Source of the DNA: a virus
IMG/VR virus record: IMGVR_UViG_3300039452_000062
Location: 1 to 46,626 of that record
Length of the DNA stretch: 46,626 bases
Direction: 5' to 3' (one strand)
The position numbers and the translations under genes were made by a program. The stretch's first letter is position 1, and each line of letters starts with the position of its first letter. Positions 24,416 through 32,610 of the stretch are shown one piece after another. Under the pieces are notes generated by a model, which was not told the origin of the DNA, did not search any database, and was given only the letters and a program-made list of their open reading frames with translations.

Positions 24416-24880
24416 TTAGTCATCTGGTAAACCGCCCTCGATTTTGATCGTCCCGCTGTCACCTTCATCGGCTTTGACATCGCCCCATTTCTTTGGGCGG
24501 ACCTTCCCAGCGTACCAACGTATCGCATCGTACTGGAGGCGGCGATGCTGGATCATATCACCCCGTTTAACCTTGACAATAGTTCCATCTGGGCCAGTAG
24601 TGGTTTCCGTCTCCTCCCCAAACTCGGGCGTGCTAATGATTTGCAATGCCTTTTCAACAAGCGTATCGGCACGTAATTCACATGCGCGCGCGTATTGTTT
24701 TTGGAAAAGGGGAAACTCTTCTAGCCACTTCATCACAGTACTGATATTCGGCATATTGTCACTTCGACAAATAGCGCGCAAACTTTCCCCCTCCGTGATC
24801 CGTTCAAGAATCTCGTCTGCTGTTTCTGTGTCGAATGGCTGTCGTTCCCTTCGGCGCTTTTTTGGCTCTGCTTCAGTCAT
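24416..24880 (-). CDS. terS: terminase small subunit
   Basis: 154 aa. ..ILERITEGESLRAICRSDNMPNISTVMKWL..FQKQYARACELRADTLVEKAL...RRLQYDAIRWYAGKVRPKKWGD matches the HTH-type small terminase pattern known from many proteobacterial phages. Confidence 0.7.
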   Translation of the reverse strand: MTEAEPKKRRRERQPFDTETADEILERITEGESLRAICRSDNMPNISTVMKWLEEFPLFQKQYARACELRADTLVEKALQIISTPEFGEETETTTGPDGTIVKVKRGDMIQHRRLQYDAIRWYAGKVRPKKWGDVKADEGDSGTIKIEGGLPDD

Positions 24881-25376
24881 CCTTATCTTTTTCTCGTGCT
24901 GCGGGTTTGAGGATGGCCTCTTTGAATTCTCGGAATGCTTTTCTTTGCGCTTCTTCCTTGCGCATGTCCTCTTCTATCTCCCTGGCAATGAGGTAGATGA
25001 ATGCAGGCCATGCAATGAAGCCAATCGTATCGAGTGGCTTAAAGCCGCCGCTTTCTTTGAGGGCGCGCATCCAATACCACAACGCCTTTTTCAGCGCAGT
25101 CCATCTCACAAAAATGGGCGCTCGCCTTTTGTGCAGCTGCTGCGGCTTTTGAATTGAAGAAGTCGAAACCTCCAGCAAATCGCCTTCTAGCGCGAATATC
25201 GGCTCACCAAAGGTGCTGCATGAATCCGTGATGTAAGCAGGCAATATGCGGCCATCGGCTCTTTCCGCCATGAATGGCCCACTTGTCACCTTTGTGAGTG
25301 TCCCTGGCAAATGTTGCGTTTCCTCCGCAGCCTCTTTGCTATCTCGCCACTTGTAAATCTTGCCAATTTCATACAT
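24873..25376 (-). CDS. hypothetical protein (167 aa)
   Basis: ORF with an 8-nt overlap to neighbours on both sides. Confidence 0.55.
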   Translation of the reverse strand: MYEIGKIYKWRDSKEAAEETQHLPGTLTKVTSGPFMAERADGRILPAYITDSCSTFGEPIFALEGDLLEVSTSSIQKPQQLHKRRAPIFVRWTALKKALWYWMRALKESGGFKPLDTIGFIAWPAFIYLIAREIEEDMRKEEAQRKAFREFKEAILKPAAREKDKDD

Positions 25377-25605
25377 GGCGAGCCTCGCTGCGCTGCTTTT
25401 TGGTGATCTGGCGGTGCATATGGTGGATTCTGGCGATTTGCGCGCTGTCGAGGTATTGCATTTGGAAGTTCAGACCAACGGCAGCCATCCATTTCCCAAC
25501 AACCGCGCAGGCCCATTCGCTCATGCCGTGGGCGTGCCACATGCAGTCTAGCTCGCGCAGCTTCTCTTCCGGCGTCTTCAGAATCTTTCCCATGATGCTC
25601 CCCAT
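25369..25605 (-). CDS. hypothetical protein (78 aa; alternative start 25593)
   Basis: ORF in the leftward operon. ATG 25593 has the better SD (GGGGAG). Confidence 0.5.
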   Translation of the reverse strand: MGSIMGKILKTPEEKLRELDCMWHAHGMSEWACAVVGKWMAAVGLNFQMQYLDSAQIARIHHMHRQITKKQRSEARHV

Positions 25606-25631
25606 GGATTATCTTGGATTGAATTTATTTT

Positions 25632-25829
25632 TTATTGGCAACTATTCAAACTTTCACCCTCAGCCATTTTCATGGCCTCGTATGCAAATTTTATCTGCGC
25701 ATGATTGAGGGTCTTGTCGCCCTGGCTGTGACGAAAAACGATCCGCTTAGCCCATGCCTTGAAGTCGCGCTGGCCGCTAACGTATTGCGGATATCGCGCT
25801 TCTGCCTCAGATCGGATGGCGTAACTCAT
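25632..25829 (-). CDS. hypothetical protein (65 aa)
   Basis: ATGA coupling to the upstream loader gene. Confidence 0.5.
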   Translation of the reverse strand: MSYAIRSEAEARYPQYVSGQRDFKAWAKRIVFRHSQGDKTLNHAQIKFAYEAMKMAEGESLNSCQ

Positions 25830-26587
25830 GCCTCGCCTCTACGGAATGATGGCCAGTCAAAATTACAAACGAATGAATTTTCATGCAACCTATCAGTTAC
25901 CCTGCTGCCAATATGCTTGTCAAGATTATCAAATGCCTGATTCGTGATAACGACAACAGGGCGCTCTTGGTTGTATCTCCGATTGATAACTTCGGTAAGC
26001 AAAAGATTGGCATTTTCCTTGTCTGGCTTTACATCAATTTCGTCCAACACTAAAACTCCATATTGGACGAACTTCAAAATTTCCGATTCCTCACTGCGTC
26101 CATCTTGCGAGCCATACGACGACTGGATTTCGCTAATCATCTGCTTTGCGGTGCAGTAACGAGCGGAAATTGAATTGTTGTTTATCAGCGATTCAGCGAA
26201 CTCGCAAGCCATCAATGTTTTTCCTGTACCGACGTCGCCAATCATCATCAAAACTGCCCAGCCGCCATTTTCGATGATGAAATCTCGATAGGATTTCACC
26301 ATCAACCGAGCTGATTTTTGGGCGGGCGTGTTGGCAACAAATTTCTGATCTCGGAATTTTCTCGGGATATCGGCTATCCGATGCAAAGTTTCGCTACGGT
26401 CGCGCATCCAAGCTGCATGCTCCCCTTCTTTGTGTCGCACCTCACTGCATGCAGGGCAAAACCACGATGCGTTGATTTTTTTCGGAAACTTAACCACACT
26501 TTCACCATGGACATCGCAAGTACCTTTTTCCTCGCGCCACAATCCATTTGCGATAGCTTCTTTCACAACATCAACAGGTGATTCCAT
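25826..26587 (-). CDS. DnaC/IstB-like AAA+ helicase loader with N-terminal zinc ribbon
   Basis: Walker A is GDVGTGKT and Walker B VLVLDEID. The N-terminal Cys pairs are CDVHG...CPAC. Confidence 0.8.
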   Translation of the reverse strand: MESPVDVVKEAIANGLWREEKGTCDVHGESVVKFPKKINASWFCPACSEVRHKEGEHAAWMRDRSETLHRIADIPRKFRDQKFVANTPAQKSARLMVKSYRDFIIENGGWAVLMMIGDVGTGKTLMACEFAESLINNNSISARYCTAKQMISEIQSSYGSQDGRSEESEILKFVQYGVLVLDEIDVKPDKENANLLLTEVINRRYNQERPVVVITNQAFDNLDKHIGSRVTDRLHENSFVCNFDWPSFRRGEA

Positions 26588-26596
26588 TATTGTTTC

Positions 26597-27538
26597 CTAA
26601 AAGTTAATTTCACCATCGGGAATTTCGGTTATCCCATGCTTTTTCATGCTCTCGTCCATCCGACGCTGGTCAAGGCTGCGATCAACACCACTCAAGTCAA
26701 ACTTCGTATTGTTTTGCAATGATGCCGCGACCGGCGTTCGCTCGTTCATGACGAAATTCCGCCAAGTAGCCATCCAATCCAGTTTTCGACCTTTAGCCCC
26801 TGGAACTGCTCGCCAGTAGTCGTAAAACTTCCTTGCCACCTCGGATGGCCTCAGATCAGGGCGGTTTGCTTTGCAAAACGCCGTTCCCTCTTCGCCTGGA
26901 TGCCAATTCTCAGGAAGGCGGCATCCTCGGCCAGCTTTGTTGGCGCTCTGCTCTTCTGGTTCTTGGTTTACGGTTACTGGTTTACGGTTACTGGTTATAG
27001 CCGTCTCAGGTTCAGTACGTTCTTGTTTGTCACGCGTGACAGATGTGTGACTGTCTTGTTTGTCTTTGTTTTGTGCTATATTCACACATTCATCTAATAT
27101 GTTTTGCAGCTCAGACATAGGCGTGTCGTACTTCGGAATTACATCGAATTCTTCCCGGAGTTGCGTGAATATCGCGCTGCGGCGCTGGCGATATAGCTGC
27201 TGCCGCAACCTCTCGTTCTCCCGGCGCTCATCCTGATCCCTCCCAGCCTCGCGATATGCCGTCAAGGCGGCGTCAATTCGATGGTGGTGGTATCCATCTA
27301 CCTCCTGAGTGAATTTCGCCTTCAGGACGCGCATAACGGCTTGGCGGTCCTTGTCGATCACCTCGCCGTCTTGGTCGATGGCGCCTATCATGTGGCAAAT
27401 CTCATCCACCTCCAGCGGAAGCGGTAATTCGCTGTCGTAATAGGCGTCCATCATATCGCGATATAGCCAGCGCATCAGGCGCGTGAAATGAATCGTTCCT
27501 GAGCGCATGTCGCCTATGTGGTATTGGTAGCTATGCAT
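26597..27538 (-). CDS. replication initiator / replisome organiser (DUF1376-type N-terminus)
   Basis: The N-terminus YHIGDMRSGTIHFTRLMRWLYRDMMDAYYDSELPLP and the C-terminus ..KFYDYWRAVPGAKGRKLDWMATWRNFV are typical of this family. It lies upstream of the DnaC-like gene. Confidence 0.75.
   Translation of the reverse strand: MHSYQYHIGDMRSGTIHFTRLMRWLYRDMMDAYYDSELPLPLEVDEICHMIGAIDQDGEVIDKDRQAVMRVLKAKFTQEVDGYHHHRIDAALTAYREAGRDQDERRENERLRQQLYRQRRSAIFTQLREEFDVIPKYDTPMSELQNILDECVNIAQNKDKQDSHTSVTRDKQERTEPETAITSNRKPVTVNQEPEEQSANKAGRGCRLPENWHPGEEGTAFCKANRPDLRPSEVARKFYDYWRAVPGAKGRKLDWMATWRNFVMNERTPVAASLQNNTKFDLSGVDRSLDQRRMDESMKKHGITEIPDGEINF
26957..27064. repeat. iteron-like repeats and palindrome inside the replication gene (candidate origin)
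   Basis: TGGTTTACGGTTAC occurs twice in tandem (26964-26991) within six YGGTTNN heptamers. A 14-bp palindrome TGTCACGCGTGACA lies at 27028-27041. TCTTGTTTGTC occurs twice (27021, 27054). An AT-rich stretch follows. Confidence 0.4.
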
Positions 27539-27550
27539 TAGATCGGCGAC

Positions 27551-27745
27551 TCAAAATAATATTTCCATTGGTGCAGCACTGAAAAACCAATCCCTAAATT
27601 CTGGACGAATTTTTTTATAAGCCGCTGACTCATTCTCCGCGTAAACATGTACTTCGACGCACATGTCGTATCGGACTTCTTCGCCTGAGCGTTGCTTAGT
27701 GGCTGTAATAGTCCACCATTGTTTTGCGGGCCTACTCCAGCTCAT
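27551..27745 (-). CDS. hypothetical protein (64 aa)
   Basis: ATGA-coupled ORF. Confidence 0.5.
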   Translation of the reverse strand: MSWSRPAKQWWTITATKQRSGEEVRYDMCVEVHVYAENESAAYKKIRPEFRDWFFSAAPMEILF

Positions 27746-28185
27746 GGGAACACCGCTGGAATAAAATCACCAAAAACGCTCGCAACAAAGGCGCGCATGG
27801 CAGCGATAAGGAATGTTTCCCCTGTCTGGTAAATGTAATGATCGCGGTCTCGCAATCCCAAATCGCACTTGCGACAAACTGAAAATGGATCACTACCCAC
27901 GCAAGCCTCCCAAAAGGGAGGGATATTTTCATCGTTGGTATACGGACTTATCCATTCAGCTGTGTATTCAACAGAAATCCCGTTCTCACTGATGATTGGT
28001 CCAGCTTGAAGAAAGTTGGTGTGGGGCGTCCAGACAACCTGGCGGCCTGACTCTGTGTAGCATACGCGGTCATGGATATGGAACTGAGCGAAGTAATTCG
28101 GCACTTGGCTTTTTTCCCCGAGTGCGCGGGCAACCCATAGCGCAAGCTCAGCGCCACAAAGGTTTTCTACTTTGATTGGCATCAT
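27742..28185 (-). CDS. conserved phage protein (DUF2591-like)
   Basis: 147 aa. The N-terminus ..LCGAELALWVARALGEK.. is typical of that family. Confidence 0.55.
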   Translation of the reverse strand: MMPIKVENLCGAELALWVARALGEKSQVPNYFAQFHIHDRVCYTESGRQVVWTPHTNFLQAGPIISENGISVEYTAEWISPYTNDENIPPFWEACVGSDPFSVCRKCDLGLRDRDHYIYQTGETFLIAAMRAFVASVFGDFIPAVFP

Positions 28186-28487
28186 GATTTAGCCTCTGCT
28201 GCAATCATGGCGTCAGCAATCCCGAATGCGGCTTCGGTGATTATATGGGGTTTGATGATGGGCGCGGTTTTGTCGCCCAAGTAAGCGCCAATAAGGGCTG
28301 CCATAGCTTTGGCGGCGTAATACTGGCGCAGAGTTATGCCGGCTTGACCTGCGCCAGCGTTATCTTCAGCATAACCGTTGGTTTGGTAGTCTTCTCGCGG
28401 AAATGCTGGACCGCCATCGAGAGGCTTAATTTTGTGAGACTGCCGCACAGCCTCAGCGAGGATTTCTTCTGGCTTAAATTCAGGCAT
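28182..28487 (-). CDS. hypothetical protein (101 aa)
   Basis: ATG 28487 with SD AAAGGA. The track ORF's GTG at 28562 lies inside a long inverted repeat. Confidence 0.5.
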   Translation of the reverse strand: MPEFKPEEILAEAVRQSHKIKPLDGGPAFPREDYQTNGYAEDNAGAGQAGITLRQYYAAKAMAALIGAYLGDKTAPIIKPHIITEAAFGIADAMIAAEAKS

Positions 28488-28675
28488 AGCTAAATCCTTT
28501 AGTCTGCTCGCTAAACCGGGTCGCATTCCCACACAGAGGCAGCCAAGGCCGAATTTGGGCACGGAAAAGCGAGCAGACTGAAAAATTCATGAAAGAAACC
28601 TCTGTGAGTGATGCAATAGGCCGCGACAGCCTGTAGGATTTATCTTACCTCTGATGAGGTAACTGAGCAATAAGT

Positions 28676-28870
28676 TTACGCGCCATCAGGCGTGAAGAAC
28701 TGCCGGAAAATGGAATCAATTCGCTCGCGGGCAAGGTCGCTTAAGAGCGTCGTGTCCTGGCCCTTGTCGGAGCGCTCCCACCATATGCCGATGTCGTAGT
28801 AGTCGGCATAGTTCAGACCATCAGCCATTTTCAGACGGCTAATGGCTTTTAGTTTTTCTCCGGGTGTCAT
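28676..28870 (-). CDS. hypothetical protein (64 aa)
   Basis: ATGA-coupled ORF. Confidence 0.5.
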   Translation of the reverse strand: MTPGEKLKAISRLKMADGLNYADYYDIGIWWERSDKGQDTTLLSDLARERIDSIFRQFFTPDGA

Positions 28871-29085
28871 GACGTTCCTCTATTTTCTTTCTTCTGTTGG
28901 CGGAAAAACGGGCTGCCGTTAGCAAACAGTTTTCTCAATTCCTCTTTGGCGCGTTTTTCTTCGGCCTCTCGCGCCATCGTGTTTAGCGGCAAACCAAGTC
29001 GGCGCATAATACAGGGGCAATGAGGTTCACCGTACATGGGGCCAAGACATCCGCAGGCATCCATGGGAATTTCATATATCTTCAT
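28867..29085 (-). CDS. small Cys-rich protein (72 aa)
   Basis: ATG 29085 in an ATGA overlap. Product begins MKIYEIPMDACGCLGPMYGEPHCPCIM... Confidence 0.5.
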   Translation of the reverse strand: MKIYEIPMDACGCLGPMYGEPHCPCIMRRLGLPLNTMAREAEEKRAKEELRKLFANGSPFFRQQKKENRGTS

Positions 29086-29435
29086 GGCATATCTTCTCCG
29101 ATTGAAGCGGCAGCCCGCACTATGCACTCGCGCACGGCGGAAGCATCATTGCGTCCTTGAACTACCCACTTCCCGCAAATAGAATCCTCCTCCTTTAAGA
29201 TCGGAGAAAAAAGAACTACTTTTACCGATTTTCCAATAGTTATATCCGCATTCATTGTTACCGCAAGCCTCAATGCGTCGCCATCATCGGTAAGTGGGTT
29301 CCATGTAGTCTGTGTATTAGTCCATAAACCAATCCCTTGATAAACTGATTCGTCACGCTCACGTTGACGAGCATAGTTAATCTCAATCCCGGCTGCTTTA
29401 GCTGCCAGCTCCAACAATTCACGATCTGTGGTCAT
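29082..29435 (-). CDS. conserved phage protein, paralog 1
   Basis: 117 aa. Begins MTTDRELLELAAKAAG and ends ..AVRECIVRAAASIGEDMP. Confidence 0.55.
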   Translation of the reverse strand: MTTDRELLELAAKAAGIEINYARQRERDESVYQGIGLWTNTQTTWNPLTDDGDALRLAVTMNADITIGKSVKVVLFSPILKEEDSICGKWVVQGRNDASAVRECIVRAAASIGEDMP

Positions 29436-29758
29436 GGAAGTTCCTCACCGATTTCAGCAGCGGTGCGCAAAACAGCATCGCCAGCGGTGCCGAGTATATC
29501 GCCCCAGCAGTTGATGAAATAAAGCTGCTCACCATCTTGTGCAGTCCAGCGGCAGGACACAGAACAGTCGCGATAGTCGATGGTCATGCCGAGTTTTTCA
29601 GCAACCCAAACCATGTCAACAACGCTACGCACTGGATGCCAGAAAAGCTGATGCACGCCAGAGAAAGGATTGTGCGGCACCCCGTTATCGGTCCAGCCGG
29701 TTATCTCGCCGCCACAAGCTTTGGCGGCAAGCTTTAAAAGTTCGCGTTCAGTTTTCAT
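29432..29758 (-). CDS. conserved phage protein, paralog 2
   Basis: 108 aa from ATG 29758. Begins MKTERELLKLAAKACG and ends ..AVLRTAAEIGEELP, the same termini as the downstream neighbour. Confidence 0.55.
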   Translation of the reverse strand: MKTERELLKLAAKACGGEITGWTDNGVPHNPFSGVHQLFWHPVRSVVDMVWVAEKLGMTIDYRDCSVSCRWTAQDGEQLYFINCWGDILGTAGDAVLRTAAEIGEELP

Positions 29759-29943
29759 TTTGTTTTCGCGGCTAAATCGCCGATCACATCGCAGGTATTG
29801 GGACAGGGGTCGTCGCCCAGATTGTCGAGCGCCCATTGCTGATCCCAGTCTTGGAAGAATTTATTCGCCCAGTACATCGCATACAGCGCCAGAATCAGAA
29901 ACGCCATCGAAGGGATTAGGATCGCTATCGCCAGATAAATCAT
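29755..29943 (-). CDS. small membrane protein (62 aa)
   Basis: ATG 29943 with SD GAAGGAG 6 nt upstream. N-terminal TM segment is IYLAIAILIPSMAFLILALYAMYW. Confidence 0.45.
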   Translation of the reverse strand: MIYLAIAILIPSMAFLILALYAMYWANKFFQDWDQQWALDNLGDDPCPNTCDVIGDLAAKTK

Positions 29944-30082
29944 CGCCATCTCCTTCGTTATCCTGCCATGGATGATCCGGGTCTTGCGGATCGGGATGGA
30001 AAGCCAAGCGACGATTGTGCCGCCGTCGTGCCCTGTCCTCAGACGCCAGTTCGGCTACTTCATCCCAGTCGATTTCCATCAT
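29861..30082 (-). CDS. acidic hypothetical protein (73 aa)
   Basis: ATG 30082 in an ATGA overlap. Its 3-prime 83 nt overlap the next gene in another frame, so a frameshift alternative exists. Confidence 0.4.
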   Translation of the reverse strand: MMEIDWDEVAELASEDRARRRHNRRLAFHPDPQDPDHPWQDNEGDGDDLSGDSDPNPFDGVSDSGAVCDVLGE

Positions 30083-30252
30083 GATTTGCTGACTTGGGCA
30101 AGATACCACATGGCCCATACGCCGCCCCAAAATACAGCATTCAGCAACAGTGCAGCAATCAGCGGCCAGTTGAAACGGAAGGCTTTACGCAGCTCAAAGC
30201 GCGGCGTGCGAGTGCGGTAAATACGGTGGTTGGTAAACATGGCATCCCTCAT
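30079..30252 (-). CDS. small membrane protein (57 aa; alternative start 30240)
   Basis: ATG 30252 forms ATGA with the stop of the upstream 56-aa ORF. TM segment is WPLIAALLLNAVFWGGVWAMWYL. Confidence 0.45.
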   Translation of the reverse strand: MRDAMFTNHRIYRTRTPRFELRKAFRFNWPLIAALLLNAVFWGGVWAMWYLAQVSKS

Positions 30253-30419
30253 TTTACAATTATGAAAATCGGTTGATCTGGTACGCATTCAAACGAAACC
30301 AGATTGTGCTGCGCGAGCTGGCCGCCAGTCGCTTTACAAAGTCCCGCCCTCGAGAGAGTATCAAGCAACCCCCAAATTATGAAGGAAGTAAGCACGGCAG
30401 CAGCAATTGCGAAGCGCAT
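30249..30419 (-). CDS. small membrane protein (56 aa), not in ORF track
   Basis: ATG 30419 lies 2 nt after the ParB-like stop. Product is MRFAIAAAVLTSFIIWGLLDTLSRAGL... It fills an otherwise 170-nt gap and is coupled to the next gene. Confidence 0.35.
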   Translation of the reverse strand: MRFAIAAAVLTSFIIWGLLDTLSRAGLCKATGGQLAQHNLVSFECVPDQPIFIIVK

Positions 30420-30421
30420 GC

Positions 30422-31282
30422 TCATTTCAGCTTTTCAGCCAGGATCGGGGCAACGTCCAGATCGATCAGGGAATCATACATTTCGCCACTGATCGTATCG
30501 CGGACCACTTCAAGAATGTAATTAAGCGCAATTTCAGCTGCTTGGATATCACGCTTGGTAATGCCGGTCGGCGCTTTTTTTGGCGCGACTTTGTTGATGG
30601 ATTTCGCCGTCACTTTTGACTTGCCGGATTCCTTCGCAATCTTTTCAGAAGCGGTCAAAATCTCAGTGGCTTTGTCACCATGCTCGCGGACCACTTTTAC
30701 CGCCTCGGTCAGCGAAACAACGCCAGAAGAAACCATGCTTTGCACAGCAGCCGGGGCCTTGCCGAAGTCGAGATAAAAGGCAATCGTGGCAGGGCTGGTT
30801 TTCAGCTTGTCGGCGATGAATTCATTGCTGCGCCCGAAGTTTTTGGCGCGTTTAATCCACCATGCCATTTGCTCGGGCTTCATCACTTTATTGCGGTTGC
30901 TTTCCGCAATGATGTAGTGCTCGTCCTCGTCGTTAGCGTTCTCGACTTGGCGAATATCGATGAGGATTTTGCCGCTGCGGCGGTCGCTCAGATCGACGCC
31001 AGCAGCAACAGCTTTGCGCGTTTGGGTAATGCGACGATGGCCGTCAAGTACCCATACGCCGCCATCAGCACGGACACTCACCAGAATTGCAGGAAGACGT
31101 GACCAGCCATATTCCTTGATATGCTCATAGAGCTGGCGGTCTTCTTCTTCATTCTCTTCATTGCGGCCAGGAGGGTTGAAATCAGGCTTGAAGTGAATGT
31201 TGTGCAGTTCGATGCGATTGCCATCCTTGCGCGTGATGGTCTTCTCTTCCTGCATCTTACGAATGCTATTTTCCGCAGCCAT
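30422..31282 (-). CDS. ParB N-terminal (ParB/Srx nuclease-like) domain protein
   Basis: 286 aa. Motif ..LPAILVSVRADGGVWVLDGHRRITQTRKAV.. (DGHRR). Confidence 0.75.
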   Translation of the reverse strand: MAAENSIRKMQEEKTITRKDGNRIELHNIHFKPDFNPPGRNEENEEEDRQLYEHIKEYGWSRLPAILVSVRADGGVWVLDGHRRITQTRKAVAAGVDLSDRRSGKILIDIRQVENANDEDEHYIIAESNRNKVMKPEQMAWWIKRAKNFGRSNEFIADKLKTSPATIAFYLDFGKAPAAVQSMVSSGVVSLTEAVKVVREHGDKATEILTASEKIAKESGKSKVTAKSINKVAPKKAPTGITKRDIQAAEIALNYILEVVRDTISGEMYDSLIDLDVAPILAEKLK

Positions 31283-31374
31283 TTGATCCCTCGATATATT
31301 GTTGAGCGCGCCTGCGCGATATGTGCACTATCGCACATAACTTGACGCTCATCAAGCATATTGTTGAGATATCT

Positions 31375-31626
31375 CTACAAAATGAGACAATCATCAATGC
31401 ACATTTGTCGGGCATCTGTTTTGACGTAGATTGAGTGCTTGCCATTGATCTTTTGATCGCAGTCGGGCAGGCCGCGAGATATGGCTATGGCGCAAGCTTC
31501 ATGGCATGTAGCCACTGGCGAAGTGCTGAACATGCAGCCGCTGCAGCTATGGTTTGAGTTGGCCTCACGGACGGTGAAAGAGAGGCCTGCTGCGGATAGA
31601 TAGATTGGCTTAGGACGACGACCCAC
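31375..31626 (-). CDS. Cys-rich hypothetical protein (83 aa, GTG start)
   Basis: GTG 31626 with GGAG 7 nt upstream. It overlaps the ninG end by 17 nt. Confidence 0.4.
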   Translation of the reverse strand: MGRRPKPIYLSAAGLSFTVREANSNHSCSGCMFSTSPVATCHEACAIAISRGLPDCDQKINGKHSIYVKTDARQMCIDDCLIL

Positions 31627-32302
31627 GGCGTTTCTCCAAGCGTTTAATTTTTCGCCGCATGATTATCGAAAACCTGATTAAATAATCATGGTCGTAAACA
31701 CGACTACGGTCAGCGGTTTTGAGCCATTCGACACGATCATCCCCGATCTTTAAGCGCAACCTCTTCTCATACTCTGCTATGTTCCCGGATTTAAATAGGT
31801 TGCACTGGGCGCAACCCTTATGTATGTTCAGAAGATTAAAGCGAAGATTTGAATTGCTACCAACGCTCTTAAAGTGCGACGCATGCCATGCGCCGTCATA
31901 ATGCGCAGGCATAGGGCATGAAATACAATTCTCGTCCTTATCACGCAAAACAACATAGCGATTGACCAAAACTTGCAGGGCAGCTAGCCGCTCCCTAATC
32001 GACATACCTTGTTCTTTTCGTCGCTTTGCCTCCGCTCTTTCGGATTTTTCCTTGGCGGCCTTTTGTTTCGCTAACTTTTCAATGGCTAGTACAGTTCCGC
32101 AATCAACACTGCACCAATCTTTCCAAGGCTGCGATGGGTCCGGAATATAAGATGTGCGACATGCGCGATTCTTGCACTTCTTGGGGCGCGGCCCTTTAGG
32201 TGGCTTCGGAATGCTGATGAATGGCGTCCGCTTGAGTGGTGTTGTTCTTTTCAAGTTCAATCGATTCCTCTTTTTCTCTTCGTGCGATGTCGTCGCGCAC
32301 AT
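31610..32302 (-). CDS. ninG: NinG-family recombination protein (start uncertain: ATG 32302 or TTG 32260)
   Basis: Aligns by eye with lambda NinG: KKCKNRAC...WCSVDCG..., CISC...WHASHF...LRFNLLNIHKGCAQCNLFKSGN. Confidence 0.8.
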   Translation of the reverse strand: MCATTSHEEKKRNRLNLKRTTPLKRTPFISIPKPPKGPRPKKCKNRACRTSYIPDPSQPWKDWCSVDCGTVLAIEKLAKQKAAKEKSERAEAKRRKEQGMSIRERLAALQVLVNRYVVLRDKDENCISCPMPAHYDGAWHASHFKSVGSNSNLRFNLLNIHKGCAQCNLFKSGNIAEYEKRLRLKIGDDRVEWLKTADRSRVYDHDYLIRFSIIMRRKIKRLEKRRGSSS

Positions 32303-32610
32303 CGGCCTCCAGCTCACCATAGCGCCCGCAGCGCACGCGAACCTCATATTCTGGATTGTGGATGCAGTAGGGAGACTTGATGCGATGCGTGAAGTGATAC
32401 CCCCTCGCAAGTGCATTGGTCTTTGCGATACTGGCGCGCCTTATCCAGATAGAAGACAGGCCCAATCACCGGCTTCTTATCTGATCCAGGCGGCGGAATA
32501 AACTCAGCATGGCCGCAATGTTTGCATTTCGGTGCGCGCTTGTACCACTCATACTTATGCTTGAGCGTGTTCCTGCCGCGACAACATTTGCAGCGATAGG
32601 CCCAGCTCAT
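32196..32610 (-). CDS. zinc-finger protein, reading frame broken at a G5 (plus-strand C5) run
   Basis: Track ORFs 32344..32610 and 32196..32465 overlap. Deleting one G at 32400-32404 joins ..RKDQCTCEG to YHFTHRIKSPYCIHNPEYEV.. The downstream ORF has no independent start. Confidence 0.55.

Noticed and set aside
31610-31626. 17-nt overlap between ninG and the next ORF as another +1 frame error
   Set aside because: NinG is already full length relative to lambda NinG. The downstream ORF has its own GTG with GGAG at correct spacing.
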